A stretch of DNA of 64,000 nucleotides. Origin: an uncultured Candidatus Rokubacteria bacterium. GTDB taxonomy: Bacteria; Methylomirabilota; Methylomirabilia; Rokubacteriales; CSP1-6. Below, piece by piece: positions 25,011 through 34,953 of this stretch. Numbering within the stretch: position 1 is the first letter of the stretch; each line of letters begins with the position of its first letter. Location of the stretch: assembly GCA_963747235.1 (NCBI GenBank), contig CAVVEU010000004.1, forward strand, positions 128,001-192,000, in the 5' to 3' direction. Made by a program: the position numbers and the translations under genes. Below the pieces are notes generated by a model. That model worked only from the letters and a program-made list of their open reading frames with translations. It was not told where the DNA came from and ran no database searches.

Positions 25011-26036
25011 CTAGGCGCCGAAGAACTCCACGAAGCGCGTCTTGATCTCCTCGGTCCGCTTCTCGAGCTCCTCCGGATCCACCTGCAGGAGCTTGAGGTC
25101 GCCGAGCTTCGGCCGGTCGGCCGGGTACTTCACGTCCGGGTGCCCGGTGTAGAGGCCCTCGGTGTCGGCCAGGACCTGCTGGATCTCGCGGCTGAAGATG
25201 AAGTCGGTGAAGAGACGGGCCGCGTTGGGATGCGGCGCGAAGCTGGTGATCGCGCTCGGGGAGACCACCAGGGGCACGCCTTCCTTGGGGAAGACGATCT
25301 CCACCGGATTGCCCTTCTTCTTGAGCTGGTAGAAGGTGTAGTCGCCGCCGTTGACCGCGACCGGCCGCTCGCCGGAGGCCACGATGCCGCCCGGATCCAC
25401 CGCCGACTGCACCAGCATCGGCTTGTTCTGGGCCAGCGCCTTGAAGTAGTCCCAGCCGTGGAGGTGCACGAGGGCCAGGACGTGCGTGGCGATCACCCCG
25501 CTGTAGCCGGGATGGGCGGTGACGAGCTTTCCGCGCCACTTCGGATCGAGCAGGTCCTTCCAGGTGCGCGGGGCCTCCGCGGCGGTGACCTTCTGCGTGT
25601 TGTAGGCGATGACGTTCACGGTGGCGCGCAGGCCGTAGTGGAAGCCGTCGCGGTCCTTGAAGCCGGGCGCGAAGCGGTCCACCCCGGCCGGGGTGTAGCG
25701 CATCAGGAGCTGCTTTTCCTTCAGCAGCACGTAGTGGCCGGCGTCGGAGGTGTGGACGACGTCCACGTTCTTGATGTTGGCCTGGAGCTCCTGCATCATC
25801 CGCTGCAGGATCCGCTGCGAGCCGGTGCGGTGCACCTCGACCTTCACGCCCGGATACGCGGTCTCGAAGAGCTTGGCCACCTTCTCCGAGCTGGTCAGCG
25901 CGAGCGAGGTGTACCAGACGACCTTGCCCTCCTTGCGCGCGGCCTCGAGCCGCGCATCCTGCGCGGCCGCGGGGGCGGCGGAAACGATGAAGGCCGAGAC
26001 CAGCAGGACCAGCGCGCGGCAGTGATATCTCATCAC
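25011..26036 (-). CDS. ABC transporter substrate-binding protein (Fe3+/thiamine/polyamine-like family)
   Basis: Signal peptide, AARKEGKVVWYTS, PRTWKDLLDPKWRGK, APHPNAARLF. Confidence 0.9.
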   Translation of the reverse strand: MMRYHCRALVLLVSAFIVSAAPAAAQDARLEAARKEGKVVWYTSLALTSSEKVAKLFETAYPGVKVEVHRTGSQRILQRMMQELQANIKNVDVVHTSDAGHYVLLKEKQLLMRYTPAGVDRFAPGFKDRDGFHYGLRATVNVIAYNTQKVTAAEAPRTWKDLLDPKWRGKLVTAHPGYSGVIATHVLALVHLHGWDYFKALAQNKPMLVQSAVDPGGIVASGERPVAVNGGDYTFYQLKKKGNPVEIVFPKEGVPLVVSPSAITSFAPHPNAARLFTDFIFSREIQQVLADTEGLYTGHPDVKYPADRPKLGDLKLLQVDPEELEKRTEEIKTRFVEFFGA

Positions 26037-26043
26037 GACTCCT

Positions 26044-27441
26044 CTAGGCGGTGAGGGCGTCCATCAGGGGGGCGAGGCGCGGCTGCGCGGCCAGCGCGTC
26101 CACGAGCGCGACCACGCGCGTGGCCTGCGCGTCGGGTACGGCCTCCGCCGCGTTGGCGCGGAACTTGGCGGTGAGCTCCTCGCGCGTCATCGGGGCATCG
26201 GGCCCGCCGCGCGGGTGGTCCTGCCGCTCCTCCAGCACGCGCCCGTCGGTCAGGCGCACCGCCACGTGCCCGATGAAGTGACGCGGGTAGTCGATGGTCG
26301 GGTCGATGTCGTAGTAGACCTTGGCCGCCACCGCGCGCAGCGTCTCGTCGCGCACCGCCTCGTCGGTGAAGTCGGCGAGGGTGGCCCGGCCGTTGACCAG
26401 GATCGAGGCGAGCAGGTAGGGCAGGCTGAACTTGGCCGCGTAGCCGTTCTTCGGCCGGTGCTTGGCCGCGAGCGGCTCCCAGAGGCGCGGGATCGGGCCC
26501 TCCGCGGTGCGGCAGCGGATCTCGGCGATGTCCTCGGGCCGCGGCCGGTGGCGCTCGCGGAGGCGCAGCGCGCAGTCCATGTAGGGATGCGCGATGGAGC
26601 CGCACGGATAGGGCTTGAAGGTGAGGTTGCCGATCTCCCACGTCCGCCCCAGGCTCTCGACCAGCGCCTCCAGACGGGCCGCTTCGTGGCCGCCCGCGAA
26701 GGCCGCGTAGAAGCCGTGCTCGCCCTCGAAGACCGTCTCCGGCCCGGTGAAGCCGGCGCGCGCCAGCAGGGCCGCGGTCACGCCCGCGTGGGCGGCCCAC
26801 CCGGGATGCAGGCGCTTGGTCCAGGAGCCGTCGGCCAGGTACTCGATGATGCCGGAGGCCTGGCTGCCGCAGATGCCGAGGGCGTGCACGAGCTGGTCCT
26901 CGGTCAATCCGTAGAGCCGCCCCGCCACGGCGGCGGCCGCGAAGCTGCCGGTGAGCGCGGTGGGGTGGTAGTGGCGCGCGTGAAAGCGCCCCGGCACCGC
27001 GAGGCCGACCCGGCACATCACCTCGACGCCCACGATCAGCGCCTCGAGCGTGGCGCGGCCGGAGGCCTCCACCGCCTCGCCGACCGCCAGCGCGGTCGTG
27101 ACGGCCACGCAGCCGGTGTGGACGATGGCGTCCTCGCGCGTGTCGTCGAAATCGAGCCCGTGGGCCAGCGTGCCGTTGGCGAGCACGGCGGCGGCGGCGC
27201 CGATCCGGGCCTTGCTGCCGATCACCACGCTCTCCGGCGGGCCCCCGAGGCGGCCCGCGGCCTCCATCACCGAGCGGCCGAAGTCCTGTCGAGAGGACGC
27301 CAGGCAGCTCCCGAGGGTGTCCAGCGCCAGGAGGGTCGCCTGCGCGGAGACAGCGGGCGGCACCGCGTCGAGCGAGAAGCCGGACACGAATCGCGCGAAG
27401 CGCCGAGCGACCGAGAGGGACGAGGCGGGAGGCTGTGGCAC
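26044..27441 (-). CDS. MmgE/PrpD family protein
   Basis: NGTLAHGLDFDD, KRLHPG, FKPYPCG, AKFSLPY. Confidence 0.9.
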   Translation of the reverse strand: MPQPPASSLSVARRFARFVSGFSLDAVPPAVSAQATLLALDTLGSCLASSRQDFGRSVMEAAGRLGGPPESVVIGSKARIGAAAAVLANGTLAHGLDFDDTREDAIVHTGCVAVTTALAVGEAVEASGRATLEALIVGVEVMCRVGLAVPGRFHARHYHPTALTGSFAAAAVAGRLYGLTEDQLVHALGICGSQASGIIEYLADGSWTKRLHPGWAAHAGVTAALLARAGFTGPETVFEGEHGFYAAFAGGHEAARLEALVESLGRTWEIGNLTFKPYPCGSIAHPYMDCALRLRERHRPRPEDIAEIRCRTAEGPIPRLWEPLAAKHRPKNGYAAKFSLPYLLASILVNGRATLADFTDEAVRDETLRAVAAKVYYDIDPTIDYPRHFIGHVAVRLTDGRVLEERQDHPRGGPDAPMTREELTAKFRANAAEAVPDAQATRVVALVDALAAQPRLAPLMDALTA

Positions 27442-27552
27442 GGCCGTCGGCTTGTTCTACTGAACGGGTCGGGGGATGTCAACGACGAACTTCCGCTGCT
27501 CCGCGGCGGGCCGGTGGCGGACGCGTCGCCGGCGCGCTATGATCCGGGCGCA

Positions 27553-27947
27553 ATGGAAGAGATGGTGACCTCGCGTGCGACTGGGGTAGCGCAGGTCTTC
27601 GATCTGCACGCGTTGAAGGCGTTCGCCCCCGACAAGCGCGTGCGCAAGATGCTCTTCAAGACCGACCAGCTCTGGTCGGAGATCGCCTGCTACGAGCCGG
27701 GCCAGTCCACCGTGATGCACACGCACCCGAAGGAGGAGGAGGCGATCTTCGTCCTGGAGGGGACCGCCCACATGAGCATCGACGGCGAGGAAGTGGTCGT
27801 CGAGGCGGGCTCCATCGTGAAGTTTCCCCGGAGCGTCATGCACGACGTCCGGAATCTGGGTCCCGAGCGCTGCGTCATCATGTTCCTCAAGGTCAATCCC
27901 AAGGGCTGTCCGGGCCCAGGGTGCTGTCCGCGAAGGCCGATGGGTAA
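27553..27947 (+). CDS. Cupin domain protein (probable frameshift near 27903)
   Basis: HTHPKEEE...VLEG...HDVRN cupin motifs; TAA at 27945-27947 reached with a 1-nt shift. Confidence 0.8.
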
Positions 27948-28287
27948 CGTCGAGCGCTGCGACAAGACCCTGCCGGTGAACGAGATGATCTTCTACGTTC
28001 GCCGGGACGCGGTGCTGCGGGCCCGCTGGCTCAGCGACCTCGAAGGCCTCGCGCGCGAGTTCGGCCTGAGCCGGGAGGAGTACGAGGCGGTCCGCGACAA
28101 GGACGTCCGGCGGCTCAACGAGATGGGGGTGCACCAGTACTACATCCCCCAGATCCTCCGGCTCTTCTACGGGGCCTCCGCCAACAGCAATAGCCACCCG
28201 GCGCTCGAGGCCTACCGCCGGGCCTACCCGGCCGAGACCGCCGCCGCGGAGCGGTTGCTCGCCCCGCCCGCGCGGCGGGAGGGCTGA
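27940..28287 (+). CDS. LigA-like small subunit of an extradiol ring-cleavage dioxygenase
   Basis: RARWLSDLEGLAREFGLSREEYEAVRDKD...LNEMGVH pattern; directly upstream of a LigB-like gene. Confidence 0.7.
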   Translation: MGNVERCDKTLPVNEMIFYVRRDAVLRARWLSDLEGLAREFGLSREEYEAVRDKDVRRLNEMGVHQYYIPQILRLFYGASANSNSHPALEAYRRAYPAETAAAERLLAPPARREG

Positions 28288-28289
28288 GC

Positions 28290-29132
28290 GTGGCGCGCAT
28301 CGTGGCCGCGATGGCGATGACGCACTCCCCCGGGCTCACCGGCTGGTTCGACCGGGCCCCCGAGGACCAGCGGCTCGAGGCCCGGCGCGCGCTGGACGAG
28401 ATGCGGGAGCGGCTGCGGGCCGCCCGGCCCGACGTGATCCTGCTATTCAGCAACGATCACCTGCTCAACTGGCCGATCAACAACACGCCCGAGTACACGG
28501 TCGGCATCGGGGCCGAGCACGTGGGCCCCGCCGACTGGTACGACGAGTGGCTCGCGCTGGCGAAGTACCGCATCCCCGGGCAGCCCGCGCTCGCCCGCCA
28601 CCTGGTCAACGAGGGCGCGCGGCGGCGGCTCGCCTTCTCGTACCTGCGCGAGATGCAATTCGACGACGGGGTGTCGGTGCCGATGCACTACCTGAATCCC
28701 GAGGGTGATATCCCGCTGGTGCCGGTGACGATGAACTGCACGGTCCCGCCCATCCCGACGCCCGCGCGCGCCTACGAGGTGGGGACGATCGTCCGGGAGA
28801 TGGTGCGGGCCTATCCGGGCGACGAGCGCGTCGCGGTGGTCGCCACCGGCGGCCTCTCGCACGAGCCGGGCGGCCCGCGCTACTTCTGGGTGGACGAGGA
28901 GTTCGACCGGTGGTTCCTCGGCCTGCTCGAGCAGGGCGATCACGCGGCGCTGCTGCGCGAGTGCACGCTCGAGCGCATGGAGGCCGCGGGCTCCGGCGGC
29001 ACCGCGGAGCTGCTCGCGTGGATTCTCGCGCTCGCGTTCACGAGTGGCCCCGCCGAGGTGCTCGCGTACATGCCCGCGGTGGCCTGGCGATCGGGTACCG
29101 GCATGGTGGTCTGGCCGGAGGTCAAAAATTGA
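28290..29132 (+). CDS. Class III extradiol dioxygenase catalytic subunit (LigB-like)
   Basis: THSPG, SNDH, TGGLSHEPG, EFDRWFL, TAELLAW. Confidence 0.88.
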   Translation: MARIVAAMAMTHSPGLTGWFDRAPEDQRLEARRALDEMRERLRAARPDVILLFSNDHLLNWPINNTPEYTVGIGAEHVGPADWYDEWLALAKYRIPGQPALARHLVNEGARRRLAFSYLREMQFDDGVSVPMHYLNPEGDIPLVPVTMNCTVPPIPTPARAYEVGTIVREMVRAYPGDERVAVVATGGLSHEPGGPRYFWVDEEFDRWFLGLLEQGDHAALLRECTLERMEAAGSGGTAELLAWILALAFTSGPAEVLAYMPAVAWRSGTGMVVWPEVKN

Positions 29133-29231
29133 CACCCAGCAAGCGTCCTCCTGTGGACGACCGGAGTGACACGTGAGAATCGTTCATCAGCGAACCGCCG
29201 CTAAGTCCAAGCCCCGTCTCACCCGTCCGGC

Positions 29232-29247
29232 TGGCGCTGTTCTTGCT
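29232..29247 (+). promoter_or_regulatory. sigma54 -24/-12 promoter
   Basis: TGGCGCTGTTCTTGCT, GG-N10-GC, 27 nt before ATG 29275. Confidence 0.75.
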
Positions 29248-29274
29248 CCTTCCCGGCCCGGGGGAACGAGTGTC

Positions 29275-29700
29275 ATGAGGGTACAGACGGGGCAGGAATC
29301 GTCGGTGTTTCGCAAGCCGACCGCTCCGCCCCCCGATCGTGCCGCACAGCGGCGTGGCCCCGAGGCGCGCAGCGATCGGTCGGTGGTGATTCCCGCGCGG
29401 GTGGCGTCGTCCCTGTCGCGCACGGTGCGCGAGCAGCTCGCGTATCTCACGCCGGATCAGCAGCGCGCGTTCCTGTGGCGCTACCGGGCCCAGGCGAAGT
29501 CGCCGGTCGTCGCGCTCGCGTTCCTCCCCCTCGGCTGGCACTACCTCTATCTGCGCAAGCGCGGCCTCCAGGTCCTGTTCTGGATCACCCTGGGCGGGCT
29601 CGCGGCGTGGTGGGTGCTGGACTTCTTCCGCATCCACAAGCTCGTGCGCGATTACAACCGGCGCGTGGCGATGCACGTGATGCGGGCGCTCTGGGGGTAG
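29275..29700 (+). CDS. TM2 domain-containing membrane protein
   Basis: KSPVVA...LGWHYLYL...LFWITLGG...WWVLD. Confidence 0.75.
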   Translation: MRVQTGQESSVFRKPTAPPPDRAAQRRGPEARSDRSVVIPARVASSLSRTVREQLAYLTPDQQRAFLWRYRAQAKSPVVALAFLPLGWHYLYLRKRGLQVLFWITLGGLAAWWVLDFFRIHKLVRDYNRRVAMHVMRALWG

Positions 29701-29726
29701 GGTAGCCGGCCGGTCCGTCCGTCCCC

Positions 29727-30041
29727 ATGGATTCCGCCTTCACCCGCGTCGCGGGCTGCGATCTCTGTCGCGCCGCGCGCATCACCCCGTGGTTCCACGA
29801 AGACGACATCTGCTGGATCGCGGAGTGTGAGATCTGCGCGGTGCCCATGGTGGTCTGGCGCTACCACGGCACCGAGCCGCCCGCCGAGCACCTCACCCAC
29901 ATGCACGCGCGCCTGCGCGAGATCGCGACCGCGCAGCTCGGCGACTGCTACATCGACGACCACATGCGCAACATCCCCGACCACTACCACGCCCACGGCC
30001 GACCCAAGGGCGGGTTCTTCGGCCCCGGCGCCCGGCGCTAG
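29727..30041 (+). CDS. Small HIT-like Zn-binding protein
   Basis: CDLC, CEIC, IPDHYHAHGR (HxHxH). Confidence 0.65.
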   Translation: MDSAFTRVAGCDLCRAARITPWFHEDDICWIAECEICAVPMVVWRYHGTEPPAEHLTHMHARLREIATAQLGDCYIDDHMRNIPDHYHAHGRPKGGFFGPGARR

Positions 30042-30094
30042 GGGACTCGGAGGGGGCGGTACTACGACCCTCACGATCCAGACAGGAGACGACC

Positions 30095-30487
30095 ATGGCA
30101 GAGAGCGAGCTCCACCGGAAGGGTAGCGAGATCCGCCGCAAGCTGCTGGGCGACAAGTACGTGGAGCGCGTGAACGCGACCACCTACAAGGACCCGGTCA
30201 TGCGCACGTTCATCGACGTGGCCACCGAGAACGTCTTCGGCGCGCTCTGGACGCGCCCGGGGCTCGATCTCAAGACGCGCACGCTGGTGTGCGTGGTCTC
30301 CGACGCGGCCACCGGCCGCGAGCCCGAGCTGCGCATCCACCTGCGCATGGCGCTGCGCCAGGGCTGGACCGAGACCGAGCTGATCGAGACCCTGATCCAC
30401 ATGTCGGGCTACGTGGGCGTGCCCATCATCCGCGAAGCCATGATCGCGGCGGGCCAGGTGTTCGCGGAGGTGAAGGCCGAGGGCTGA
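30095..30487 (+). CDS. Carboxymuconolactone decarboxylase family protein
   Basis: FGALWTRPGLDLKTR, HLRMAL, YVGVP; AGGAG RBS. Confidence 0.88.
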   Translation: MAESELHRKGSEIRRKLLGDKYVERVNATTYKDPVMRTFIDVATENVFGALWTRPGLDLKTRTLVCVVSDAATGREPELRIHLRMALRQGWTETELIETLIHMSGYVGVPIIREAMIAAGQVFAEVKAEG

Positions 30488-30490
30488 GGG

Positions 30491-31687
30491 TCAGCCGGGG
30501 ACGCCGCCCGGCAGCTCCACCCAGAACGTGCTGCCCGCGCCGTCGGTGCTCTCCACGCCGATGCGGCCGGCGTGCGCTTCCACGATGCTCCGGGTGATGG
30601 CCAGGCCGAGGCCGGTGCCCGAGATGCCCGCGGTCGCCTCGTTCGCTACCCGGTAGAACTTGTCGAAGACGTGCGGCCTGGTCCCGGGCGGGGATGCCGA
30701 TGCCGTTGTCGAGGACCCGGACGCGCACCGGGCTCCCGGTGTCGTCCGGCGCCTCCACCGTGACCCGCACCCGCCCACCGTCGCGGGTGTATTTGATCGC
30801 GTTGCCGATCAGGTTCATCAGCACCTGCTGCAGGCGCGCACCCACCCCCAGGACGGCGGCCGTGGATGGCGCCTCGATTGCGACCGTGATCCGTTTGCCC
30901 TCCGCCAGCGTGGCGAGCGCCTTCACCACGTCCCCGATCAGGGGCACGAGGTCGAGCGGCTCGCCGGCCCCCTCGAGGCCTGCTTCGATCTTGCCGAGGT
31001 CCAGGAGATCGGTCACGAGCTCGGTCATGTTCTTCGCGCTGCGCAGGATGCGCTCGCACCGGTCGCGATAGGCCTGCTCGCCGCCCGGCGTGGGTGGCGC
31101 CTTCAGCAGGAGCTCCGCGGTCATCGCGATCGCCATGATCGGGCTCTTGAGGTCGTGCGACACCGTGCTGACGAAATCGGTCTTCATCTGCTCGAGCTCT
31201 TTCAGCAGCGAGATGTCGCGCAGGATGGCGGTCAGGCCGACCGCCTCACCGTACTCGGTTGTCACGACGATGAGGCTGGCCTGGGCGGTGCGCCCATCGG
31301 GCAGGAGCAGCGCCGCGATGCCCGGCCGTCCGGCCTCGAGCAGGCGGCGGAGCGGCTCGTGCGCGATCGCCTCGGCGAACGGGCGGCCGGTCATGGTGTC
31401 CGGGGCCACGCCCAGCATCGCGCGCACCGCCGGATTGGCGAGGAGCACCAGGCCGTCCTGGCCGACCATGACCACCGCGTCGGCGGTGCTGGTCAGCACC
31501 GCGGCCAGCGTGCCGCGCTCGTCGGCCAGCGCCTGGTAGGCGCGACAGGTCTCGAGCCCGCCCGAGAGGCCCGCCGCCACGAGCGTGCCGATCTCGAGAT
31601 CGTCGAGCGTGTAGGGCGCGGCCGGGCGAAGAGCAGCGCGCCCAGGACCTGGGGGCTCGGAGGCGACTCCGGAGCGTCCGACGCCAT
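30491..31687 (-). CDS. PAS-domain sensor histidine kinase, possibly N-terminally truncated (frameshifts near 30685 and 31610)
   Basis: PAS (LANPAVRAMLG), SHDLKSP, NLIGNAIKY, DNGIGI, GTGLGL; only the tail of a GAF-like segment at the N-terminus. Confidence 0.8.
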
Positions 31688-31694
31688 GCCGGCC

Positions 31695-32987
31695 TCAGCG
31701 GCCCTCCATGATCTCCCGCATCCGCTTGAAGGTCAGGATACGCCGCCGATTCGCCTCCGGCATGTTCTCGAGATCCACCGGCTGCGTCACCGTGAGGCCG
31801 TAGGCCTGGTAGGTGGGGATGTCGGCCTCGGCCAGGCCCGCGGTCGCGCGCTTGCGCTCGAAGGCGGCCGCCACGTACGGGGCCAGCTCCTCCGCCTTGC
31901 GCGCCGCGCGCGCGGCCTCGCGCTCCTTGAACTCCGGCATCACCGAGGCCGCGAACAGCTCGAGCGACTCGCAGATGTGCTCGTGGCGATTCTTGCCGCC
32001 CTGCTGGATGAAGATGGTCTGGTCCACGCCGTAGTCCTCGAAGGCCCGCAGCGCGCCCCGCAGCTCCTCGGGCGTGCCGATGCAACCGGTGCCGCCGCCG
32101 AGGATTCCCAGGTCAAGCTCCGCGCGGACCGCTTCGTACTTGGCCCAGATGTCGGTGCGGCCCGGCCGGTGCGTGCCGAAGACGTAGTGGTGACCCAGCG
32201 CGAACTGGAAGAAGCGGAAGCCGTCGGTGCCGCGCCTGCGCGCTTCGTCCGCATCCGAGTGGCATGAGAAGCCGGTAACCATTGCGACGTTGGGATTCAC
32301 CGCGTGGCCGATCGGCACGCACTCGCGCTTGAACGTTTCATAGTAGTCGTCCACCCAGTGCTTCGCCTCGGCCGGGTCGATGAAGGCGAAGGTGAGCGCG
32401 CCCATGCCGAGCTGGGCGGCCAGGTGGATGGTCTCCCGGTTCGAGCACGCCACCCAGAGCGGCGGGTGCGGCTTCTGGACCGGCTTGGGGACCACATTGC
32501 GCACCGGCATCGAGAAGTACTTGCCCTGGTAGCCCGGGTAGGGATCCAGCGCGAGCATGTTCGCCACCTGCTCGGTGGTCTCGCGCCACATCGCGCGGCG
32601 CTCGGCGGGCGTGACCCCGAAGCCCTCCAGCTCCGCGCGCGAGGCCGACTCGCCGGTGCCCCACTCCACCCGCCCGTTGGAGACGAGGTCGAGGGTGGCG
32701 AGCCGCTCCGCGACGCGCGCCGGGTGGTTGTAGCCGGGCGGCATCAGGACGATGCCGTGCCCGAGACGGATCCGCTGGGTGCGCTGGGACGCGGCGGCCA
32801 GGAACACCTCGGGGGCCGAGGAGTGCGAGTACTCCTCGAGGAAGTGGTGCTCGACCTCCCAGGCGTAGTCGATGCCGAGCCGGTCGGCCAGCTCGACCTG
32901 CGCGAGCGCGTCCTGGAACAGGCGTTGCTCGCTGCCGTTGTCCCAGGGGCGCGGTAGCTGGTGCTCGTAGAAGACGCCGAATCGCAT
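31695..32987 (-). CDS. Luciferase-like (LLM) flavin-dependent oxidoreductase
   Basis: WEVEHHF, PARVAERLATLD, PKPVQKPHPPLW. Confidence 0.92.
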   Translation of the reverse strand: MRFGVFYEHQLPRPWDNGSEQRLFQDALAQVELADRLGIDYAWEVEHHFLEEYSHSSAPEVFLAAASQRTQRIRLGHGIVLMPPGYNHPARVAERLATLDLVSNGRVEWGTGESASRAELEGFGVTPAERRAMWRETTEQVANMLALDPYPGYQGKYFSMPVRNVVPKPVQKPHPPLWVACSNRETIHLAAQLGMGALTFAFIDPAEAKHWVDDYYETFKRECVPIGHAVNPNVAMVTGFSCHSDADEARRRGTDGFRFFQFALGHHYVFGTHRPGRTDIWAKYEAVRAELDLGILGGGTGCIGTPEELRGALRAFEDYGVDQTIFIQQGGKNRHEHICESLELFAASVMPEFKEREAARAARKAEELAPYVAAAFERKRATAGLAEADIPTYQAYGLTVTQPVDLENMPEANRRRILTFKRMREIMEGR

Positions 32988-33068
32988 GCTCGCTCCTTTC
33001 GCGCCGATGGCGGCGCAGAGGCGCCGCCATCGTAACGCAGGACGCGAGCGGGTGGGGAAGAACGCGGG

Positions 33069-34007
33069 CTAGGGGGACTGGCCCATCGAGGTATTGGGGG
33101 CCGGCATCGAGGGCGGTGTATCCACCGTCTGGATGATCGCCGGCGTCGGCGACCAGGTCCGCGAGCTCGGCCGCTGCTCCAGCTCGTTCAGCACGAACTG
33201 GGCGGCCGGCCGCTCGCTCATCCGGGACACGGACATCTGGACCATGGTCGGTCGCACGGGGCCCGGATACACGGGCGCCGTGCTGACCATGTGCGCCTTC
33301 GACTGCGAGCGCGGGCTGCGCGCGACCCACTGCGGGGCCGGCACCGGCTTGGCCATCACCGTCTCCGCGCCCTTCTTGTCGCCCATCCGCCGGAGCACGC
33401 GGGCCACGAACTGGCGGGTCTCCTGGAAGGGCGGGATGCCGCGATGGCGGATCACGTTTTGCTCGCCCGCGTTGTACGCGGCCAGGGCGAGCGGCAGGTC
33501 CCCCTTGAAGGTGTCGAGCATGGCCCGCAGGTGGCTGGCGCCCGCGTCGATGTTCTCGTCGGGGTCGTGGGGATCACGGACGCCCATGATGGAGGCGGTC
33601 GCGGGCATGAGCTGCATGAGACCCCGCGCGCCCTTCTGGGAGACCGCGGCGTGATCGAAGTTGGATTCGACGGAGATCACCGCGGTGATCAGCTCTTCGG
33701 ACAGGCGGTGACGCTGCGCGGCCGCCTTGATGTGCTCGGGGATGGCCGCGAGATCGTACTGGGGCGCCGCCGGCTCCTCGATACTGACCGCCGGCTCCAT
33801 CAGGGAGGAGGTGCGCTCGATCACGTCCGACGCGGACCACGGCGTGCCCACCGCGAACAGCACGCCGAGCGCGAATGCGGCGCCCAGCGAAGGCATCGGA
33901 GAGAGCCACCGCATGCGCTCCCAGTCTGGAAAGAGGGGAAGCTGGCGGCGATCCGCGTTGAAATATCGGGTCCAGGTCTTGATCAGCATGGTGCCCATTG
34001 GCAACAC
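33069..34007 (-). CDS. Lytic transglycosylase (SLT domain) with TM anchor and low-complexity tail; start uncertain
   Basis: VESNF, GARGLMQLMP, ALAAYNAG, ETRQFV. Confidence 0.88.
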   Translation of the reverse strand: MLPMGTMLIKTWTRYFNADRRQLPLFPDWERMRWLSPMPSLGAAFALGVLFAVGTPWSASDVIERTSSLMEPAVSIEEPAAPQYDLAAIPEHIKAAAQRHRLSEELITAVISVESNFDHAAVSQKGARGLMQLMPATASIMGVRDPHDPDENIDAGASHLRAMLDTFKGDLPLALAAYNAGEQNVIRHRGIPPFQETRQFVARVLRRMGDKKGAETVMAKPVPAPQWVARSPRSQSKAHMVSTAPVYPGPVRPTMVQMSVSRMSERPAAQFVLNELEQRPSSRTWSPTPAIIQTVDTPPSMPAPNTSMGQSP

Positions 34008-34027
34008 CTCCGGATGGTCCGGAGGTA

Positions 34028-34043
34028 TGCGAGGGGGGTGCCA
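34028..34043 (-). promoter_or_regulatory. sigma54 -24/-12 promoter
   Basis: Minus strand TGGCACCCCCCTCGCA, GG-N10-GC, upstream of the SLT gene. Confidence 0.7.
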
Positions 34044-34154
34044 AGCAGGGGCGGTGCCCGCGGCCCTTGTTTCCGGCTACTTGACGAGCGTCGGGGGGGT
34101 GTCACGGCGCTCCGGGGCCACTGTCAGGCGACCTCAGTCACGCCGCTGACAGTG

Positions 34155-34949
34155 CTAACTTTTCGTGATCTGCGAGATCCCCGGCAAGCGGCCCAGGAAG
34201 TTGCCGGTGATGCCGCCGTCCACGACGAGATCGTGGCCGTTGACGTAGCGCGCGTCGGGCCCGAGCAGGAACGCGATGACGTCCGCCATGTCTTCCGGCG
34301 TGGCCACGCGCCCGATCGGCACCAGCGCGTCGCGCTCGGCCGCGATCGTCTCGTTCTCGTAGACCTTCGCGGTCATGCCGGTGCGCACCATGCCGGGCGA
34401 GAGGCTGTTGACGCGGATGCCGTCGCGTCCGAACTCCTGCGCGAGGACCGCGACGAGCATGATCAGCGCGGCCTTGCTCGGGCCGTAGGGCCCGAGGTTG
34501 GCGTGCGCGTTGCTGCCCGACATGGACGCCACCGCCACGATGGCGCCGCGCGAGGCGGCGAGGGTGTCGTGGGCCGCCTTGGCGAGGAGCCACGTCGCGC
34601 GCGTGTTCACCGCGAACATGCGGTCCCAGTCCTCCACCGCGTACTGCGCGAGCGGCCCCGGCCGGTTGACGCCCGCGTTGCTGACCACGCCGTCGAGCCC
34701 GCCGAAGCGCGCGATCGCCTCGTCCACCACGCGCGCCGGCGCGTCCGCGGTGGCCATGTCGCCCGCGAGCGGCAGGGCCGTCGCCCCGAGATCGCCCAGC
34801 TCTCGCACCAGCGAATCGAGCGCGGGCGAGGGCCCGAGGTCCACCGCCGCGATCTGCGCCTTGCGCCCGGCCGCCTTCGCGTCGCGCGCCAGGCGCAGGC
34901 AGGTGGCCCGGCCGATCCCGCTCGCCGCTCCCGTCACCAGGGCGCGCAC
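34155..34949 (-). CDS. SDR family oxidoreductase
   Basis: TGAASGIG, NAG, YGPSK, VVDGG. Confidence 0.92.
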   Translation of the reverse strand: MRALVTGAASGIGRATCLRLARDAKAAGRKAQIAAVDLGPSPALDSLVRELGDLGATALPLAGDMATADAPARVVDEAIARFGGLDGVVSNAGVNRPGPLAQYAVEDWDRMFAVNTRATWLLAKAAHDTLAASRGAIVAVASMSGSNAHANLGPYGPSKAALIMLVAVLAQEFGRDGIRVNSLSPGMVRTGMTAKVYENETIAAERDALVPIGRVATPEDMADVIAFLLGPDARYVNGHDLVVDGGITGNFLGRLPGISQITKS

Positions 34950-34953
34950 GGGC

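Noticed and set aside
26215-28287. 690-aa ORF implying a cupin-LigA fusion
   Set aside because: The first 446 codons are antisense shadow of the PrpD gene; the cupin-LigA join is probably an indel near 27903, with a stop available at 27947.
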